This document shows, piece after piece, positions 39,012 to 48,607 of a stretch of 64,000 bases of DNA (its first letter is position 1; the number at the start of each line of letters is the position of its first letter). The notes under the pieces were generated by a model. That model did no database searches. It saw nothing but the letters and a program-made list of their open reading frames with translations, and was not told where the DNA came from. This DNA is from an uncultured bacterium (GTDB lineage Bacteria > Bacillota > CAZWXO01). Location of the stretch: assembly GCA_964637885.1 (NCBI GenBank), contig CAZWXO010000001.1, positions 111 to 64,110 on the forward strand. The letters are read 5' to 3'. The translations under genes and the position numbers were made by a program.

Positions 39012-40034
39012 ATGATCAGGTTGCCAGGGATGCAAGTGGAAGAGGTCGAAGAAAAACTAGCAATTTATCAATTGCCCCCTTATCGGCTGAAACAATTATT
39101 GACGGCTATTTATCAACAAGGAATCTCGGATATTAATAATATTTCAGTTTTGCCGATGTCTTTGCGTCAGGAATTAAGTAGAACTTTTGATATTTCGCCA
39201 TTGCCAATTCTAAAAAAACAAATATCTCCTACAGACAAAACAGAAAAACGTCTGTTGTTGCTGGATGATGGCGAATCTGTGGAAACTGTCTATCTGCCGC
39301 AAAGTTACGGTAGCTCCGCATGCATTTCGACTCAGGTTGGTTGCCGTATGGGGTGTCAGATATGCCACTCAGGACAACAGGGGTTAAAGCGCAATCTGAG
39401 CTCACAGGAAATGTTTTTACAGCTATGGTCTTTTATGTGCGAGTTTGGTTGTGATACGATTGACAATGTATTGCTGATGGGGTCGGGTGAACCCCTGGAC
39501 AATATGGAGAACTGTTTAGAATTTTATGAGTTTTTGATTAACCCAAACACTTTGGCGATGTCTAATCGCGATTTTGTGCTATCGACTTGTGGGTTGATTC
39601 CGCAAATTAATCGTTTGGCAGCAATGCGCACAAAAATTACTCTTGCGGTGTCTTTACATTCGGCAATCGATGCGGTTCGTGATCGATTGGTTCCGGTTAA
39701 TCGTCAATTTGGCGTAGCGATGTTGCTGGATGCGAGCCAAAATTATTTTTCATTGACCAAACGCAGGGTTACAATAGAATATGCTTTAATCAGGGGCATC
39801 AATGACGGGGTTAAGGATTTAGAAGCCCTGATTTTGGCGCTACAGGGCAGAAAGGGCCTTCATCTCAATCTAATTCCGGCAAATATATTGCCGAGCGCCG
39901 CAATCTTCCCACCAGATAACAATATTTTGCAATTATTCTTAACGGAAATCGAAAAAGCTGGTTTGGCGGTATCTGTCAGGTATTCGAAAGGGCATGATAT
40001 TTTGGCTGCCTGTGGTCAGTTAAAAGGCAAATAA
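39012..40034 (+). CDS. rlmN: Radical-SAM 23S rRNA/tRNA adenine-C2 methyltransferase RlmN
   Basis: CxxxCxxC radical SAM cluster (CRMGCQIC) and overall RlmN architecture. Confidence 0.9.
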   Translation: MIRLPGMQVEEVEEKLAIYQLPPYRLKQLLTAIYQQGISDINNISVLPMSLRQELSRTFDISPLPILKKQISPTDKTEKRLLLLDDGESVETVYLPQSYGSSACISTQVGCRMGCQICHSGQQGLKRNLSSQEMFLQLWSFMCEFGCDTIDNVLLMGSGEPLDNMENCLEFYEFLINPNTLAMSNRDFVLSTCGLIPQINRLAAMRTKITLAVSLHSAIDAVRDRLVPVNRQFGVAMLLDASQNYFSLTKRRVTIEYALIRGINDGVKDLEALILALQGRKGLHLNLIPANILPSAAIFPPDNNILQLFLTEIEKAGLAVSVRYSKGHDILAACGQLKGK

Positions 40035-40052
40035 AACTTGGGGGGCGTAGTT

Positions 40053-40826
40053 TTGTACACTCACGCAATAAAGACATCCGTCGGAAATGTCCGAAAAATT
40101 AACGAAGACAGTTTGGCTGTGTTAGGGATGCGTCTTGGGGCAGTCGGTGAGGAGGTTGATATCCTCGGGATGGTTGTCGCTGATGGAATGGGTGGCTATC
40201 AGGCCGGAGAGGTGGCTAGTACGCTAGCCAAGCAGTGCTTTCTAGATTGCCTACCAGAGCTTTTTTCCCGGGGTAGGGATGACAAGGCAATTTTAGAATT
40301 TCTGGAAAACATATTTCGCCAATCAAACCAGCAAATTAATGAAAAATCTACAAAGGATCAAGAGTGCCGTGGCATGGGGACGACGCTGACTTTAGCTGTT
40401 TGTGTCGGCTCAAAGCTTTACATTGCTCATGCAGGGGATAGCAGAGGATATGTTCTTTCTGATGGCGAAATAAAACAAATAACCCGGGATGATTCTTTGG
40501 TCAATGAGTTATTGGAGGCTGGTACGATAACGCCTGAGGAAGCAGCAGTGCACCCACAAAAAAACATTATTACTAAGGCCCTCGGGACCGAAGACTACAT
40601 TGAGCCGCAATTATTGGTTTATCCCCTTAAAAACCTAGATATTATTGTTTTGACCAGCGATGGGTTAACTAATTTTGTTTCTGATGAGAGTATTCAAAGT
40701 GCGTTGCAAGATAGTTTGGATTTGGAGAATAGCCTCGCCAATTTGGTTGCACTTGCGGAGAATGCCGGAGGCTTTGATAACATATCTATAGCGTGCTGTA
40801 AATATAGTGATGAGGAGGTGCAATGA
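40053..40826 (+). CDS. stp: PP2C-family Ser/Thr phosphatase (Stp/PrpC)
   Basis: PP2C motifs (DGMGG, GTTLT, HAGDSR, TSDGL). TTG 40053 is preceded by a GGGGGG Shine-Dalgarno sequence; the track starts at TTG 40038. Confidence 0.88.
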   Translation: MYTHAIKTSVGNVRKINEDSLAVLGMRLGAVGEEVDILGMVVADGMGGYQAGEVASTLAKQCFLDCLPELFSRGRDDKAILEFLENIFRQSNQQINEKSTKDQECRGMGTTLTLAVCVGSKLYIAHAGDSRGYVLSDGEIKQITRDDSLVNELLEAGTITPEEAAVHPQKNIITKALGTEDYIEPQLLVYPLKNLDIIVLTSDGLTNFVSDESIQSALQDSLDLENSLANLVALAENAGGFDNISIACCKYSDEEVQ

Positions 40827-42694
40827 TGTTAGATAAGATAATTGCTCAACGATACCACCTTTTATCTGTTATCGGCGAAGGCGGAACAGCCATCGTATAC
40901 AAGGCACAATGCACTGTTTTAAATCGGACCGTCGCGCTAAAAATGCTCAAACCTGAGTTTTGCAAGGATGAATCCTTTATCCAAAGATTTAATCATGAGG
41001 CACGCGCGGCAGCAGCCTTGTCACACCAAAATATCGTCGGAATATTTGATGTCGGACTTGCAGACAATGTGCCTTTTATTGTCATGGAGTATGTCGATGG
41101 AACAGATTTAAAAACATTAATCCAACAAAAAGGCAAAATGTCAGAGACGAAAGTCCGGCAAATTGCCATCCAGTTGCTCTCAGCTTTGGACTACGCCCAT
41201 CGTAAAGGCATTATTCATCGAGATATTAAGCCGCACAACATTCTCTTGACTGGAGACGGGATCGTAAAAGTTGCCGATTTCGGCATCGCTAAAGCGGTCA
41301 GTGACGCCACATTGGTACATACAGGTGTTGTCATCGGGACGGTGCACTATCTTTCTCCAGAGCAGGCTCGGGGTGGATTAATCGATGCTCGCTCCGATAT
41401 TTATTCCACAGGGGTGCTTCTTTATGAGTTGTTAAGCGGTAAAGTGCCTTTTGATGGAGAAAACCCCATTTCTATTGCACTGATGCATATCCGGGAGGAG
41501 GCAGTCCCGTTAAAGAGAATCGCACCTGAAGTATCGGAAAAATGGGACCATGTCATAATGAAGGCGATGGAAAAAGAGGCAGGAGCGCGGTTTATTTCTG
41601 CTGATGAAATGCGTCTTGCGATCAGTAGCGATGCTTTTTTCCACAGTCCCGTCGCACAAGTTAATAATAAAACAATTTCTAATTATGACAAAACTGTAGA
41701 GATTGATAGAAATAAAGTTAGCGATGAACTGGCGCGGACAGAGCGTGGGAGCAGAAGCAAGACTATTTTTTCACCTAAATTTTTTCTCATCGCGGGACTT
41801 GCTTTGGTGTTGTTGATGGGTTTTTTGTTGTTGAGGCTTTACCTCAATGTGCCAGAAGTCAAGGTGCCTTTAGTTGAAGGAATGGCTGTTTCCGCCGCAG
41901 AGGAAACACTTTTAGAACAAGGTTTGCAAATGAATGTTGAGCGGGAGATTAACGATGAAAAGGTCTTGCCAGGAACAATAATTTTTCAAGACATCCCGGC
42001 AGGAACGAATGTCAAGAAAAATACGACAGTGAATGTAGTTATAAGTGCGCGAGATGGTAAAATGACAATGCCCGATTTGTCTGGGATGACAAAGGAGGTT
42101 GCTCTGAAGGCAGTGGCGGATGCGGAGCTAAGAGAGGGCACAATTTCTGAGGCATTCAGCGATACCGTCGAAAAGGGTAAGGTTATTGAGCAGTCGCCCT
42201 TGGCTGGCTCTGTCGTTTATGCTGGAGATAAAATTGACATCGTTGTCAGCAAAGGAGTTTCGCCAGCAGAAATGGTAATGCCTGAGTTGGTTGGTCTGAA
42301 TGTTAATAATGCGAAAAGTATTTTATCTCAGTACAATTTGAGCATCGCCCAGGTTGAGGACGACTACAATCCATCTTTTCAGAAAGGGCAGATTGTGCGG
42401 CAACAACCCTTAGCAGGCGATTTAATCAATGAAGGATCTGGCATCAATGTTTGGGTTCATAACGACAATGCTGGTGGCAGTAAAGGCATTCGTATTAATG
42501 TTCCGACCGACCTGCAAGGTCCACAAATAGTGCGTGCAGTGCTGAATGATTCAAGGGGGAGTAGCGAAGTTTATCGGATGGAGCACTTAGGTGGAGACAG
42601 CATTTCATTTACAGTTAATTGGTTTGGGGACAATGCCAGCGTTTCTGTTTATGCAGGTAGTAATTTGCTGGAGACAATAAATTTAGGGGACTAA
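40823..42694 (+). CDS. prkC: Eukaryotic-like Ser/Thr kinase PrkC with a TM segment and three PASTA repeats
   Basis: Hanks kinase subdomains (VALK, HRDIKPHN, DFGIA, SPEQ), then a TM segment, then PASTA repeats. Confidence 0.93.
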   Translation: MMLDKIIAQRYHLLSVIGEGGTAIVYKAQCTVLNRTVALKMLKPEFCKDESFIQRFNHEARAAAALSHQNIVGIFDVGLADNVPFIVMEYVDGTDLKTLIQQKGKMSETKVRQIAIQLLSALDYAHRKGIIHRDIKPHNILLTGDGIVKVADFGIAKAVSDATLVHTGVVIGTVHYLSPEQARGGLIDARSDIYSTGVLLYELLSGKVPFDGENPISIALMHIREEAVPLKRIAPEVSEKWDHVIMKAMEKEAGARFISADEMRLAISSDAFFHSPVAQVNNKTISNYDKTVEIDRNKVSDELARTERGSRSKTIFSPKFFLIAGLALVLLMGFLLLRLYLNVPEVKVPLVEGMAVSAAEETLLEQGLQMNVEREINDEKVLPGTIIFQDIPAGTNVKKNTTVNVVISARDGKMTMPDLSGMTKEVALKAVADAELREGTISEAFSDTVEKGKVIEQSPLAGSVVYAGDKIDIVVSKGVSPAEMVMPELVGLNVNNAKSILSQYNLSIAQVEDDYNPSFQKGQIVRQQPLAGDLINEGSGINVWVHNDNAGGSKGIRINVPTDLQGPQIVRAVLNDSRGSSEVYRMEHLGGDSISFTVNWFGDNASVSVYAGSNLLETINLGD

Positions 42695-42704
42695 AGGAGA
42701 AAAG

Positions 42705-43361
42705 ATGCAGAAATTAATTGCACCTTCAATTTTGAGTGCGGATTTTAGCAAACTGGGGGAGGAGCTGAGCCTCTTAGAGCAGGCAAAGGCAGATTGGCTC
42801 CATTTGGATATAATGGATGGGCATTTCGTCCCTAATTTGACCTTCGGCCCTCCTGTTGTTCGCTCATTGCGGAAGATTTCGAATTTATTCTTTGATGTGC
42901 ACCTGATGGTGGATAACCCAGAGTCGATGATTGATGAATTTATCGACGCCGGTGCTGATGCTGTTACTTTGCATGCTGAAACCTGTCTTCACTTGGATCG
43001 GTATGTGCAGAAAATAAAATTAGCGGGTAAAAAAGCAGGCGTGGCTCTCAATCCCGCTACGACAAACTTGTCGCTGGAATGGGTTCTCGATGATCTTGAT
43101 TTTATTTTAATTATGAGCGTCAATCCTGGGTTTGGGGGGCAGGCATTTCTGCCTTTTGCATTGGAGAAAATCCGTCAGTTAAAGGAAATGACGATTAAAA
43201 GACATTCTCAGGCTTTAATCGCTGTTGATGGTGGCATCAATGAGACTAACATTCGCGAAGTTGGCTTAGCTGGCGCGGATATTCTGGTTATTGGCTCGGC
43301 ATTATTTAAGGAAGACTCATATGCCGAAGCAATTAAAAAATATCGGACTCTACTTGCTTGA
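42705..43361 (+). CDS. rpe: Ribulose-phosphate 3-epimerase
   Basis: TIM-barrel Rpe motifs (PSILSADF, HLDIMDGHFVPN, MSVNPGFGGQ). Confidence 0.93.
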   Translation: MQKLIAPSILSADFSKLGEELSLLEQAKADWLHLDIMDGHFVPNLTFGPPVVRSLRKISNLFFDVHLMVDNPESMIDEFIDAGADAVTLHAETCLHLDRYVQKIKLAGKKAGVALNPATTNLSLEWVLDDLDFILIMSVNPGFGGQAFLPFALEKIRQLKEMTIKRHSQALIAVDGGINETNIREVGLAGADILVIGSALFKEDSYAEAIKKYRTLLA

Positions 43362-43386
43362 TATTTCAATCGGCTTAGTCTAAAAT
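43358..43386 (+). promoter_or_regulatory. Sigma-A-type promoter of the rib operon: TTGATA, 17 nt, TAAAAT
   Basis: Read directly from the sequence just upstream of the FMN riboswitch. Confidence 0.55.
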
Positions 43387-43407
43387 AGTATAAATTAATA
43401 AAGTGTG

Positions 43408-43608
43408 AATTCTTCAGGGCAGGGTGAGGGTCGTAGACCCGATTCCCGACCGGCGGTAGCGCGAAAGCGGAGCCCGCGAGCCGAAAGGCAGATCTGGTGA
43501 CAGTCTTCTAAGCTGAATCCCAGAGCCGACAGTATAGTCTGGATGGAAGAAGAGATTCTGGTGCTGTGTCTATGTGCCCTCTTGAATTCATTTTCGGGAG
43601 GGTTTTTT
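43408..43608 (+). promoter_or_regulatory. FMN riboswitch (RFN element). The aptamer runs about 43408-43553; the expression platform has a CCCTC...GAGGG hairpin followed by a T6 run that sequesters the GGGAGGG Shine-Dalgarno sequence.
   Basis: Matches the conserved RFN core (GGGCAGGGTGA...CCCGACCGGCGGTAG...GAGCCCGCGAGC...CCGACAGTATAGTCTGGATGGAAGAAG) and sits upstream of ribD. Confidence 0.9.
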
Positions 43609-44733
43609 GTGCACAAATATTTTATGAAACAAGCCATAGCACTAGCCAAGCACGGAGATTTTTTAGTCAGTCCTAATCCACGGGTGGGGTGTGTTATTGT
43701 CAAAGATGGCAAAATTGTCGGAAAAGGTTGGCATCGCAAATGCGGCGAGGCGCATGCTGAAGTAATCGCTCTTAAGGATGCTGGTAGCGCCGCCAGGGAC
43801 GCAACTCTGTATGTCAACCTGGAGCCTTGCTGTCATTTTGGTCGTACGCCACCGTGTTCAGAAGCAATTGTGCGCGCCGGTATCAGGCAAGTAATTTATG
43901 CGATGGATGATCCTAACCCTTTAATGAGAGGTAAAGGTGCGGCTAGTATAGCAAGAGCAGGAGTATTTATTCAGAAAAATGTCTGCAAGAAAGAATCTAT
44001 CTGGCTTAATCGGGCTTATATCAAGCATTCTCTGACAGGCATACCTTATGTTACTTACAAGATGGCAATGACGATGGATGGCAAGAGTGCCACTGGCACA
44101 TTTGATTCCCAGTGGATTAGTTGTGCCGAGTCCAGGGAAAAAGTCCACCGCATGAGGCGCCAGATTGGCAATATTATGATTGGTGGTGCTACCGTAACAA
44201 AAGATGACCCACGGCTGACGGCTCGCATTGCAGGGGGAGAAAAAATCAATTTGCGCATTATTGTCGCTGGAGCAGAGAAATTAAAGCGTGATTCTAATAT
44301 ATTTTCTAATTCTGCCTTCGCCACACTAGTATTTGCATCAAAAAAAATGAAGATTTTTTATCGTGAGCTTCCAGATAACGTTGAGGTTGAGTTTCTTGAC
44401 GATATCGATGGCCGTGTCGACATAAACGAAGTATTGAGGATTCTGGGCACTCGAGGGATCAATCACGTATTGTGTGAGGGAGGGGCCAGCCTCGGTGGCA
44501 GTTTGTTTACGCAATCCCTCATTGATGAAATTGTTATATTCTTGGCACCAAAAATAATGGGTGCCGATGAGGGGAGGGGGATTTTTTGCGGTTTACACAA
44601 TGACAACGCATCTTTAGCAAAAGAGCTGAAGCTTTTAGCAACCAAAAAGTCGGGCAGGGATATTATGCTACGGGGTATCCCAAAGGAGGTGGTGGAATGT
44701 TCACCGGTCTGGTCGAGGCTGTTGGAAGGGTAA
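43609..44733 (+). CDS. ribD: Bifunctional riboflavin biosynthesis deaminase/reductase RibD
   Basis: CMP/dCMP-type deaminase zinc motif (HAEVIAL ... PCCHFGRTPPC) plus a RibD_C reductase domain. Start is GTG 43609 or ATG 43624; the track ORF begins at 43543 inside the riboswitch. Confidence 0.9.
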   Translation: MHKYFMKQAIALAKHGDFLVSPNPRVGCVIVKDGKIVGKGWHRKCGEAHAEVIALKDAGSAARDATLYVNLEPCCHFGRTPPCSEAIVRAGIRQVIYAMDDPNPLMRGKGAASIARAGVFIQKNVCKKESIWLNRAYIKHSLTGIPYVTYKMAMTMDGKSATGTFDSQWISCAESREKVHRMRRQIGNIMIGGATVTKDDPRLTARIAGGEKINLRIIVAGAEKLKRDSNIFSNSAFATLVFASKKMKIFYRELPDNVEVEFLDDIDGRVDINEVLRILGTRGINHVLCEGGASLGGSLFTQSLIDEIVIFLAPKIMGADEGRGIFCGLHNDNASLAKELKLLATKKSGRDIMLRGIPKEVVECSPVWSRLLEG

Positions 44734-45305
44734 ATGAAGTCAGAAAATCTTCTCTTGATGCCCGTTTGACGGTTGAATCAACTGAAATAAAAGGCACAGT
44801 TTCTCTTGGAGACAGCATCAGCGTCAACGGAGTGTGTCTCACGGCATCTGCTTTTGGCAGCGGGGACATGATCATGTTTGACGTGATGGATGCGACGTTA
44901 AAGAGTACGACAATGGGTATTTTAAAACGTGGTGATCAAGTCAATTTAGAGAGGTCCCTAAAAATGAATGGTAGTCTGGATGGTCATTTTGTAACGGGGC
45001 ACGTTGACGGTATCGGGCGTGTTTTGGGCCAAAAAAAATGTGGGCGCTCATACTTGATCACAATAATCATACCTGGCGAATTGGTGGGCTCGGTATTCCC
45101 AAAAGCATCAATTGCTATCAATGGCGTCAGCCTAACAGTCCAATCCATCCACGGAAGGCAAATGTGTGTATCTCTGGTTGAGCATACGGTGAATCAGACA
45201 AATTTAAAGCTGTACCGGTCTGGATCTTGGGTTAATTTGGAAACAGATTATCTGGTAAAGGCAATTGGAAAGACATGGAGGAGTAAAAATGCGCATCACA
45301 GTTGA
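44697..45305 (+). CDS. ribE: Riboflavin synthase alpha subunit
   Basis: MFTGLVE N-terminus and duplicated lumazine-binding repeats. Confidence 0.9.
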   Translation: MFTGLVEAVGRVNEVRKSSLDARLTVESTEIKGTVSLGDSISVNGVCLTASAFGSGDMIMFDVMDATLKSTTMGILKRGDQVNLERSLKMNGSLDGHFVTGHVDGIGRVLGQKKCGRSYLITIIIPGELVGSVFPKASIAINGVSLTVQSIHGRQMCVSLVEHTVNQTNLKLYRSGSWVNLETDYLVKAIGKTWRSKNAHHS

Positions 45306-46512
45306 AGAGAGTCTTCAAAAAATAAAAAGCGGTGAAATGATTATAATAACCGATAGTGACGATCGAGAAAACGAAGGAGACATTTTCCTTCCCGCCATTT
45401 TCGCCAGCCCAGAAAAAATCAATTTTATCTGTAAGTATGCAAGAGGCTTGATATGCGCGCCAATGAAAAAGGAAAGGCTCCAAGACCTACAGATTCCCTT
45501 AATGGTTGAAAACAATCAAGATAAGCATGCAACTGCCTTTACGGTCTCAGTCGATGCACGAGAGAATACTACTACTGGCATATCAGCGTTTGATCGTTCC
45601 ATTACTTTGCAGCTGCTAGCAGGCGAGAAGGCCATGCCAACAGATTTTACGAGGCCTGGCCATATCTTCCCATTAATGGCGCACAAGGATGGCCTAGTGG
45701 CGCGGCAGGGCCACACAGAAGCCGCAATCGACTTGCTTAGGATAGCTGGGCTACCAGAGGTCGGAGTCATTTGTGAAATCATGAATGAGGACGGAACCAT
45801 GGCTCGCCGCTCTGAATTGGAAGCATTTGCCATGAACCACAACATTGGGATTGTCAGCATCGAAAGCATTATTGACTACATTGATATGCACGTTTTATCT
45901 GTTCAAATGGTTTCGAAAACAGTCCTTCCTACAAAATTTGGCGACTACGAACTTTTTGCGTTTGAAGAACGCTTAACACAAAAATGTCATTTAGCGTTGC
46001 GTCCGCTACAATTTGAGAAGACATGCAATTCGCCGAGAGTACGTATTCATTCCGAATGCTTGACGGGAGATGTTTTTGCCTCACTGCGCTGTGATTGCCA
46101 CTTGCAGCTGGAGAATTACCTCCATTCAATGGAGGAAGATAAAAATAGTTTATTGATATATTTGAAGCAGGAGGGGCGGGATATTGGTCTGGCAAATAAA
46201 ATCCGGGCTTATGCATTGCAAGACCAAGGGCTCGATACCGTCGAAGCAAATCTAGCATTGGGCTATCGTGCAGATGAAAGGGATTATAAGGTGGCGGCCG
46301 ACATCTTGCGTGTTTTGGGCTACCAGCGCGTGCAGTTGGTAACAAATAACCCTGAAAAAGTCTCAGCCTTAGAAAAATACAAGATAGATGTCGCTGCGGT
46401 TTTCCCACTGTGGACGGAGGTAAATGAAGAAAATTGGAGATATATAGCTACCAAGATTAATCGGATGGGGCATATCGATAATGAAGAGGGGAATAAAAAA
46501 GATGTTGTTTGA
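45289..46512 (+). CDS. ribBA: Bifunctional DHBP synthase / GTP cyclohydrolase II RibBA
   Basis: RibB N-domain (DRENEGD) plus RibA C-domain (CxCxxC: CLTGDVFASLRCDC); ATG 45289 is preceded by GGAGGAG. Confidence 0.92.
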   Translation: MRITVEESLQKIKSGEMIIITDSDDRENEGDIFLPAIFASPEKINFICKYARGLICAPMKKERLQDLQIPLMVENNQDKHATAFTVSVDARENTTTGISAFDRSITLQLLAGEKAMPTDFTRPGHIFPLMAHKDGLVARQGHTEAAIDLLRIAGLPEVGVICEIMNEDGTMARRSELEAFAMNHNIGIVSIESIIDYIDMHVLSVQMVSKTVLPTKFGDYELFAFEERLTQKCHLALRPLQFEKTCNSPRVRIHSECLTGDVFASLRCDCHLQLENYLHSMEEDKNSLLIYLKQEGRDIGLANKIRAYALQDQGLDTVEANLALGYRADERDYKVAADILRVLGYQRVQLVTNNPEKVSALEKYKIDVAAVFPLWTEVNEENWRYIATKINRMGHIDNEEGNKKDVV

Positions 46513-46960
46513 AGGTACACTTAATAGTGGTGGAAAAAAATACATGATCATTGCGGGCAGGTTTAACTCAAGCATCGTCGACAGACTTGTCGATGGAGCG
46601 CTTGATTGCCTTTGCCGGCACAACGTTCCCAAAGAGAGCATTGATTTGTGCAAGGTGCCGGGCGCGTTTGAAATGCCGTTAGTAGCTAAAAAAATAGCGG
46701 AACAATCCAAATACGACGTTATTATTTGTTTAGGCGCCGTAATCAGGGGCGAAACTCCTCATTTTGAATATGTTGCCAGCGAGGTCAGCAAAGGCATTGC
46801 CGCAGTTTCATTGGAAAAAGGCCTCCCAATAATTTTTGGTGTATTGACTACTGATTCCTACGATCAGGCTGTGGACAGGGCTGGGGGGAAAGCAGGTAAC
46901 AAGGGCTGGGATGCTGCGATGGTAGCCCTCGAAATGGCAAGTTTGTTCGATAGTATATAA
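46502..46960 (+). CDS. ribH: 6,7-dimethyl-8-ribityllumazine synthase RibH
   Basis: Lumazine synthase fold (IAGRFN ... VPGAFE); ATG 46502 is preceded by GAGGGGA. Confidence 0.92.
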   Translation: MLFEGTLNSGGKKYMIIAGRFNSSIVDRLVDGALDCLCRHNVPKESIDLCKVPGAFEMPLVAKKIAEQSKYDVIICLGAVIRGETPHFEYVASEVSKGIAAVSLEKGLPIIFGVLTTDSYDQAVDRAGGKAGNKGWDAAMVALEMASLFDSI

Positions 46961-46990
46961 TAAATTGAATAAGTTTTTGGTGGTGATTTT

Positions 46991-47641
46991 TTGATTTTGA
47001 TTGTAGGTGGAGGAGAAGTCAATCTAAAGCGATTGAGAAAGCATTGTCAGCACGCTAACACAATAATCGCAGCAGATAAAGGAGCCGATTATTTGCTGGG
47101 TATAGGGATCTTGCCTGATTATTTAATTGGCGATATGGATTCAGCTTCCGTAGCGACTATAAATAGTTGTTGTGAAGCAGCTAAATGTGAGATAATCAGG
47201 CATCTTCCAGAGAAAGATCAAACCGATGGCGAGCTGGCCATGATGCAGGCTATGACACTAAGTCCAGAAAAGATAGTATTTTGTGGGTCGCTTGGGGATC
47301 GGATAGATCACTCTTTAGCAAATATATTTTGTGCATCTTCTTTCGTTTTGAGTGGGGTTCAGATTTCTCTTGAAAGCAATTCTCAGGAAATGGTTTTACT
47401 TGCTGGTAAAATGCATTGCAGTGATTGGGGTATTGGGGAAACTGTATCCTTGCTTGCGTTAGGATCGAGTTGTTATGTTGAGAAAATAAAGGGTTTCAAA
47501 TATCCTCTGGTTGATAGGGAGTTACAGTCATCATCCTCATTGGGAATTAGCAATGAGATTGTAGATGCGAGCGTTGATGTTAATATTAAGTCGGGGATGG
47601 CGATGGTAATACGAGAGTTTGGTAAAGGAGAGTTTGAATGA
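46991..47641 (+). CDS. thiN: Thiamine pyrophosphokinase ThiN
   Basis: TPK catalytic motif (IGDMDS) and a C-terminal TPK_B1-binding domain; TTG start; matches the rpe-thiN synteny of Bacillus. Confidence 0.8.
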   Translation: MILIVGGGEVNLKRLRKHCQHANTIIAADKGADYLLGIGILPDYLIGDMDSASVATINSCCEAAKCEIIRHLPEKDQTDGELAMMQAMTLSPEKIVFCGSLGDRIDHSLANIFCASSFVLSGVQISLESNSQEMVLLAGKMHCSDWGIGETVSLLALGSSCYVEKIKGFKYPLVDRELQSSSSLGISNEIVDASVDVNIKSGMAMVIREFGKGEFE

Positions 47642-47973
47642 TGTATGACACTTGGGTATGGCGGATGGTTGTCAATTTTTCTTACGTTTTTGCCGCAATC
47701 TTTGCGGTCTTGGTCCTGGCAAAATCGATGGGTAGCCTTGAGAAGGCATTGCAAGGTGGAAATGCTAAAGGAGCAAGGTTAGCAATGTTAGTAATGGGCA
47801 TTTGTTCGCTGGGAGTGGGGTATGCAGTCGCCTCTTTTTTTGGAACATTCTTGAACTTCCCTAACTTAATTATTAAAATTCTAATTATTGCGTCAATGGG
47901 TGGGATAATATTTAATAGTTCCAAGCGCTATATCGAAAAAATCGTTAGACAACAAAATTTACCTGCAAAATAA
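47638..47973 (+). CDS. Small hypothetical membrane protein (3 predicted TM helices)
   Basis: ORF coupled to the thiN stop and followed directly by a strong terminator; I recognised no family. Confidence 0.45.
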   Translation: MMYDTWVWRMVVNFSYVFAAIFAVLVLAKSMGSLEKALQGGNAKGARLAMLVMGICSLGVGYAVASFFGTFLNFPNLIIKILIIASMGGIIFNSSKRYIEKIVRQQNLPAK

Positions 47974-47974
47974 G

Positions 47975-47998
47975 AAAAGGACCTAACGGTCCTTTTTT
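47975..47998. terminator. Bidirectional Rho-independent terminator: AAAAGGACC-TAAC-GGTCCTTTTTT
   Basis: Perfect stem with an A-tract on one side and a T-tract on the other, lying between convergent genes (the + strand hypothetical and rpmB on the minus strand). Confidence 0.85.
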
Positions 47999-48039
47999 CA
48001 CGAAATTTTTAATTTATCGGAATTGATAACCATAGGTAG

Positions 48040-48231
48040 TTAACGACCACGCTGAACGACTCCGGAACGCAAGCAACGAGTGCAGACATAAATACGCACA
48101 GCTTCTCCCTTGACAACGGCTCTAATTTTCTGTAAGTTGGGTTTCCATTTTCTCTTACTGCGAATATGAGAATGGCTATACTTAAAACCACTAACCTTAT
48201 TTTTACCGCAGATTTCACAACTTCCGGCCAT
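48040..48231 (-). CDS. rpmB: 50S ribosomal protein L28
   Basis: 63-aa protein with MAGSCEICGKN...C..C zinc-ribbon L28 signature. Confidence 0.93.
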   Translation of the reverse strand: MAGSCEICGKNKVSGFKYSHSHIRSKRKWKPNLQKIRAVVKGEAVRIYVCTRCLRSGVVQRGR

Positions 48232-48385
48232 TAAATCTCAGCTCCTTATATAAATTACTTAAAAATGATTAACTTTGCCAAGCAATGTTAACATAATCGC
48301 AGATTAATGGCAAGACGTATGATTCGATGTTTTAATTTTGGTTTATTTTCGCTATAATCAGATTTGTTGAAAGGTGGGGGTTGAA

Positions 48386-48604
48386 TTGGATATCAAAGCA
48401 GATACAAAAATTATCGATCTTTTAACGGCATTGCCTGGAGCAATCGGTGTTTTCAGTGAACATGGGATGCATTGTATGGGATGTTTAGGAGCCGGAGTTG
48501 AAACAATCGCAGACAGCTGCAAAATGCATAGTATCGAAATTGAAGTATTGCTTGGGGAGCTAATCGACATGCAGATGGATGAAGAAAAAAATAAGGAGTG
48601 CTAA
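48386..48604 (+). CDS. DUF1858 small redox-disulfide domain protein (hybrid-cluster-protein-associated type)
   Basis: FSEHGMHCMGC ... SCKMHSIEIEVLL matches the DUF1858 pattern. TTG 48386 is preceded by AAAGGTGGGGG; the track starts at GTG 48374. Confidence 0.65.
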   Translation: MDIKADTKIIDLLTALPGAIGVFSEHGMHCMGCLGAGVETIADSCKMHSIEIEVLLGELIDMQMDEEKNKEC

Positions 48605-48607
48605 GAG

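Noticed and set aside
46991-47641. Whether ThiN and the TPK-like domain of the SteA-like protein are a tandem duplication
   Set aside because: They are 29 kb apart and share only the generic GDxDS TPK-fold motif. The SteA-like protein has a different C-terminal architecture (TM anchor), so this is ancient fold sharing rather than a recent duplication.
48232-48373. A 142-nt AT-rich intergenic region checked for a tRNA or small RNA
   Set aside because: It has no cloverleaf-compatible GC stems. The content fits divergent promoters: TATAAT at 48353-48358 for the + operon, and the rpmB promoter on the other strand.
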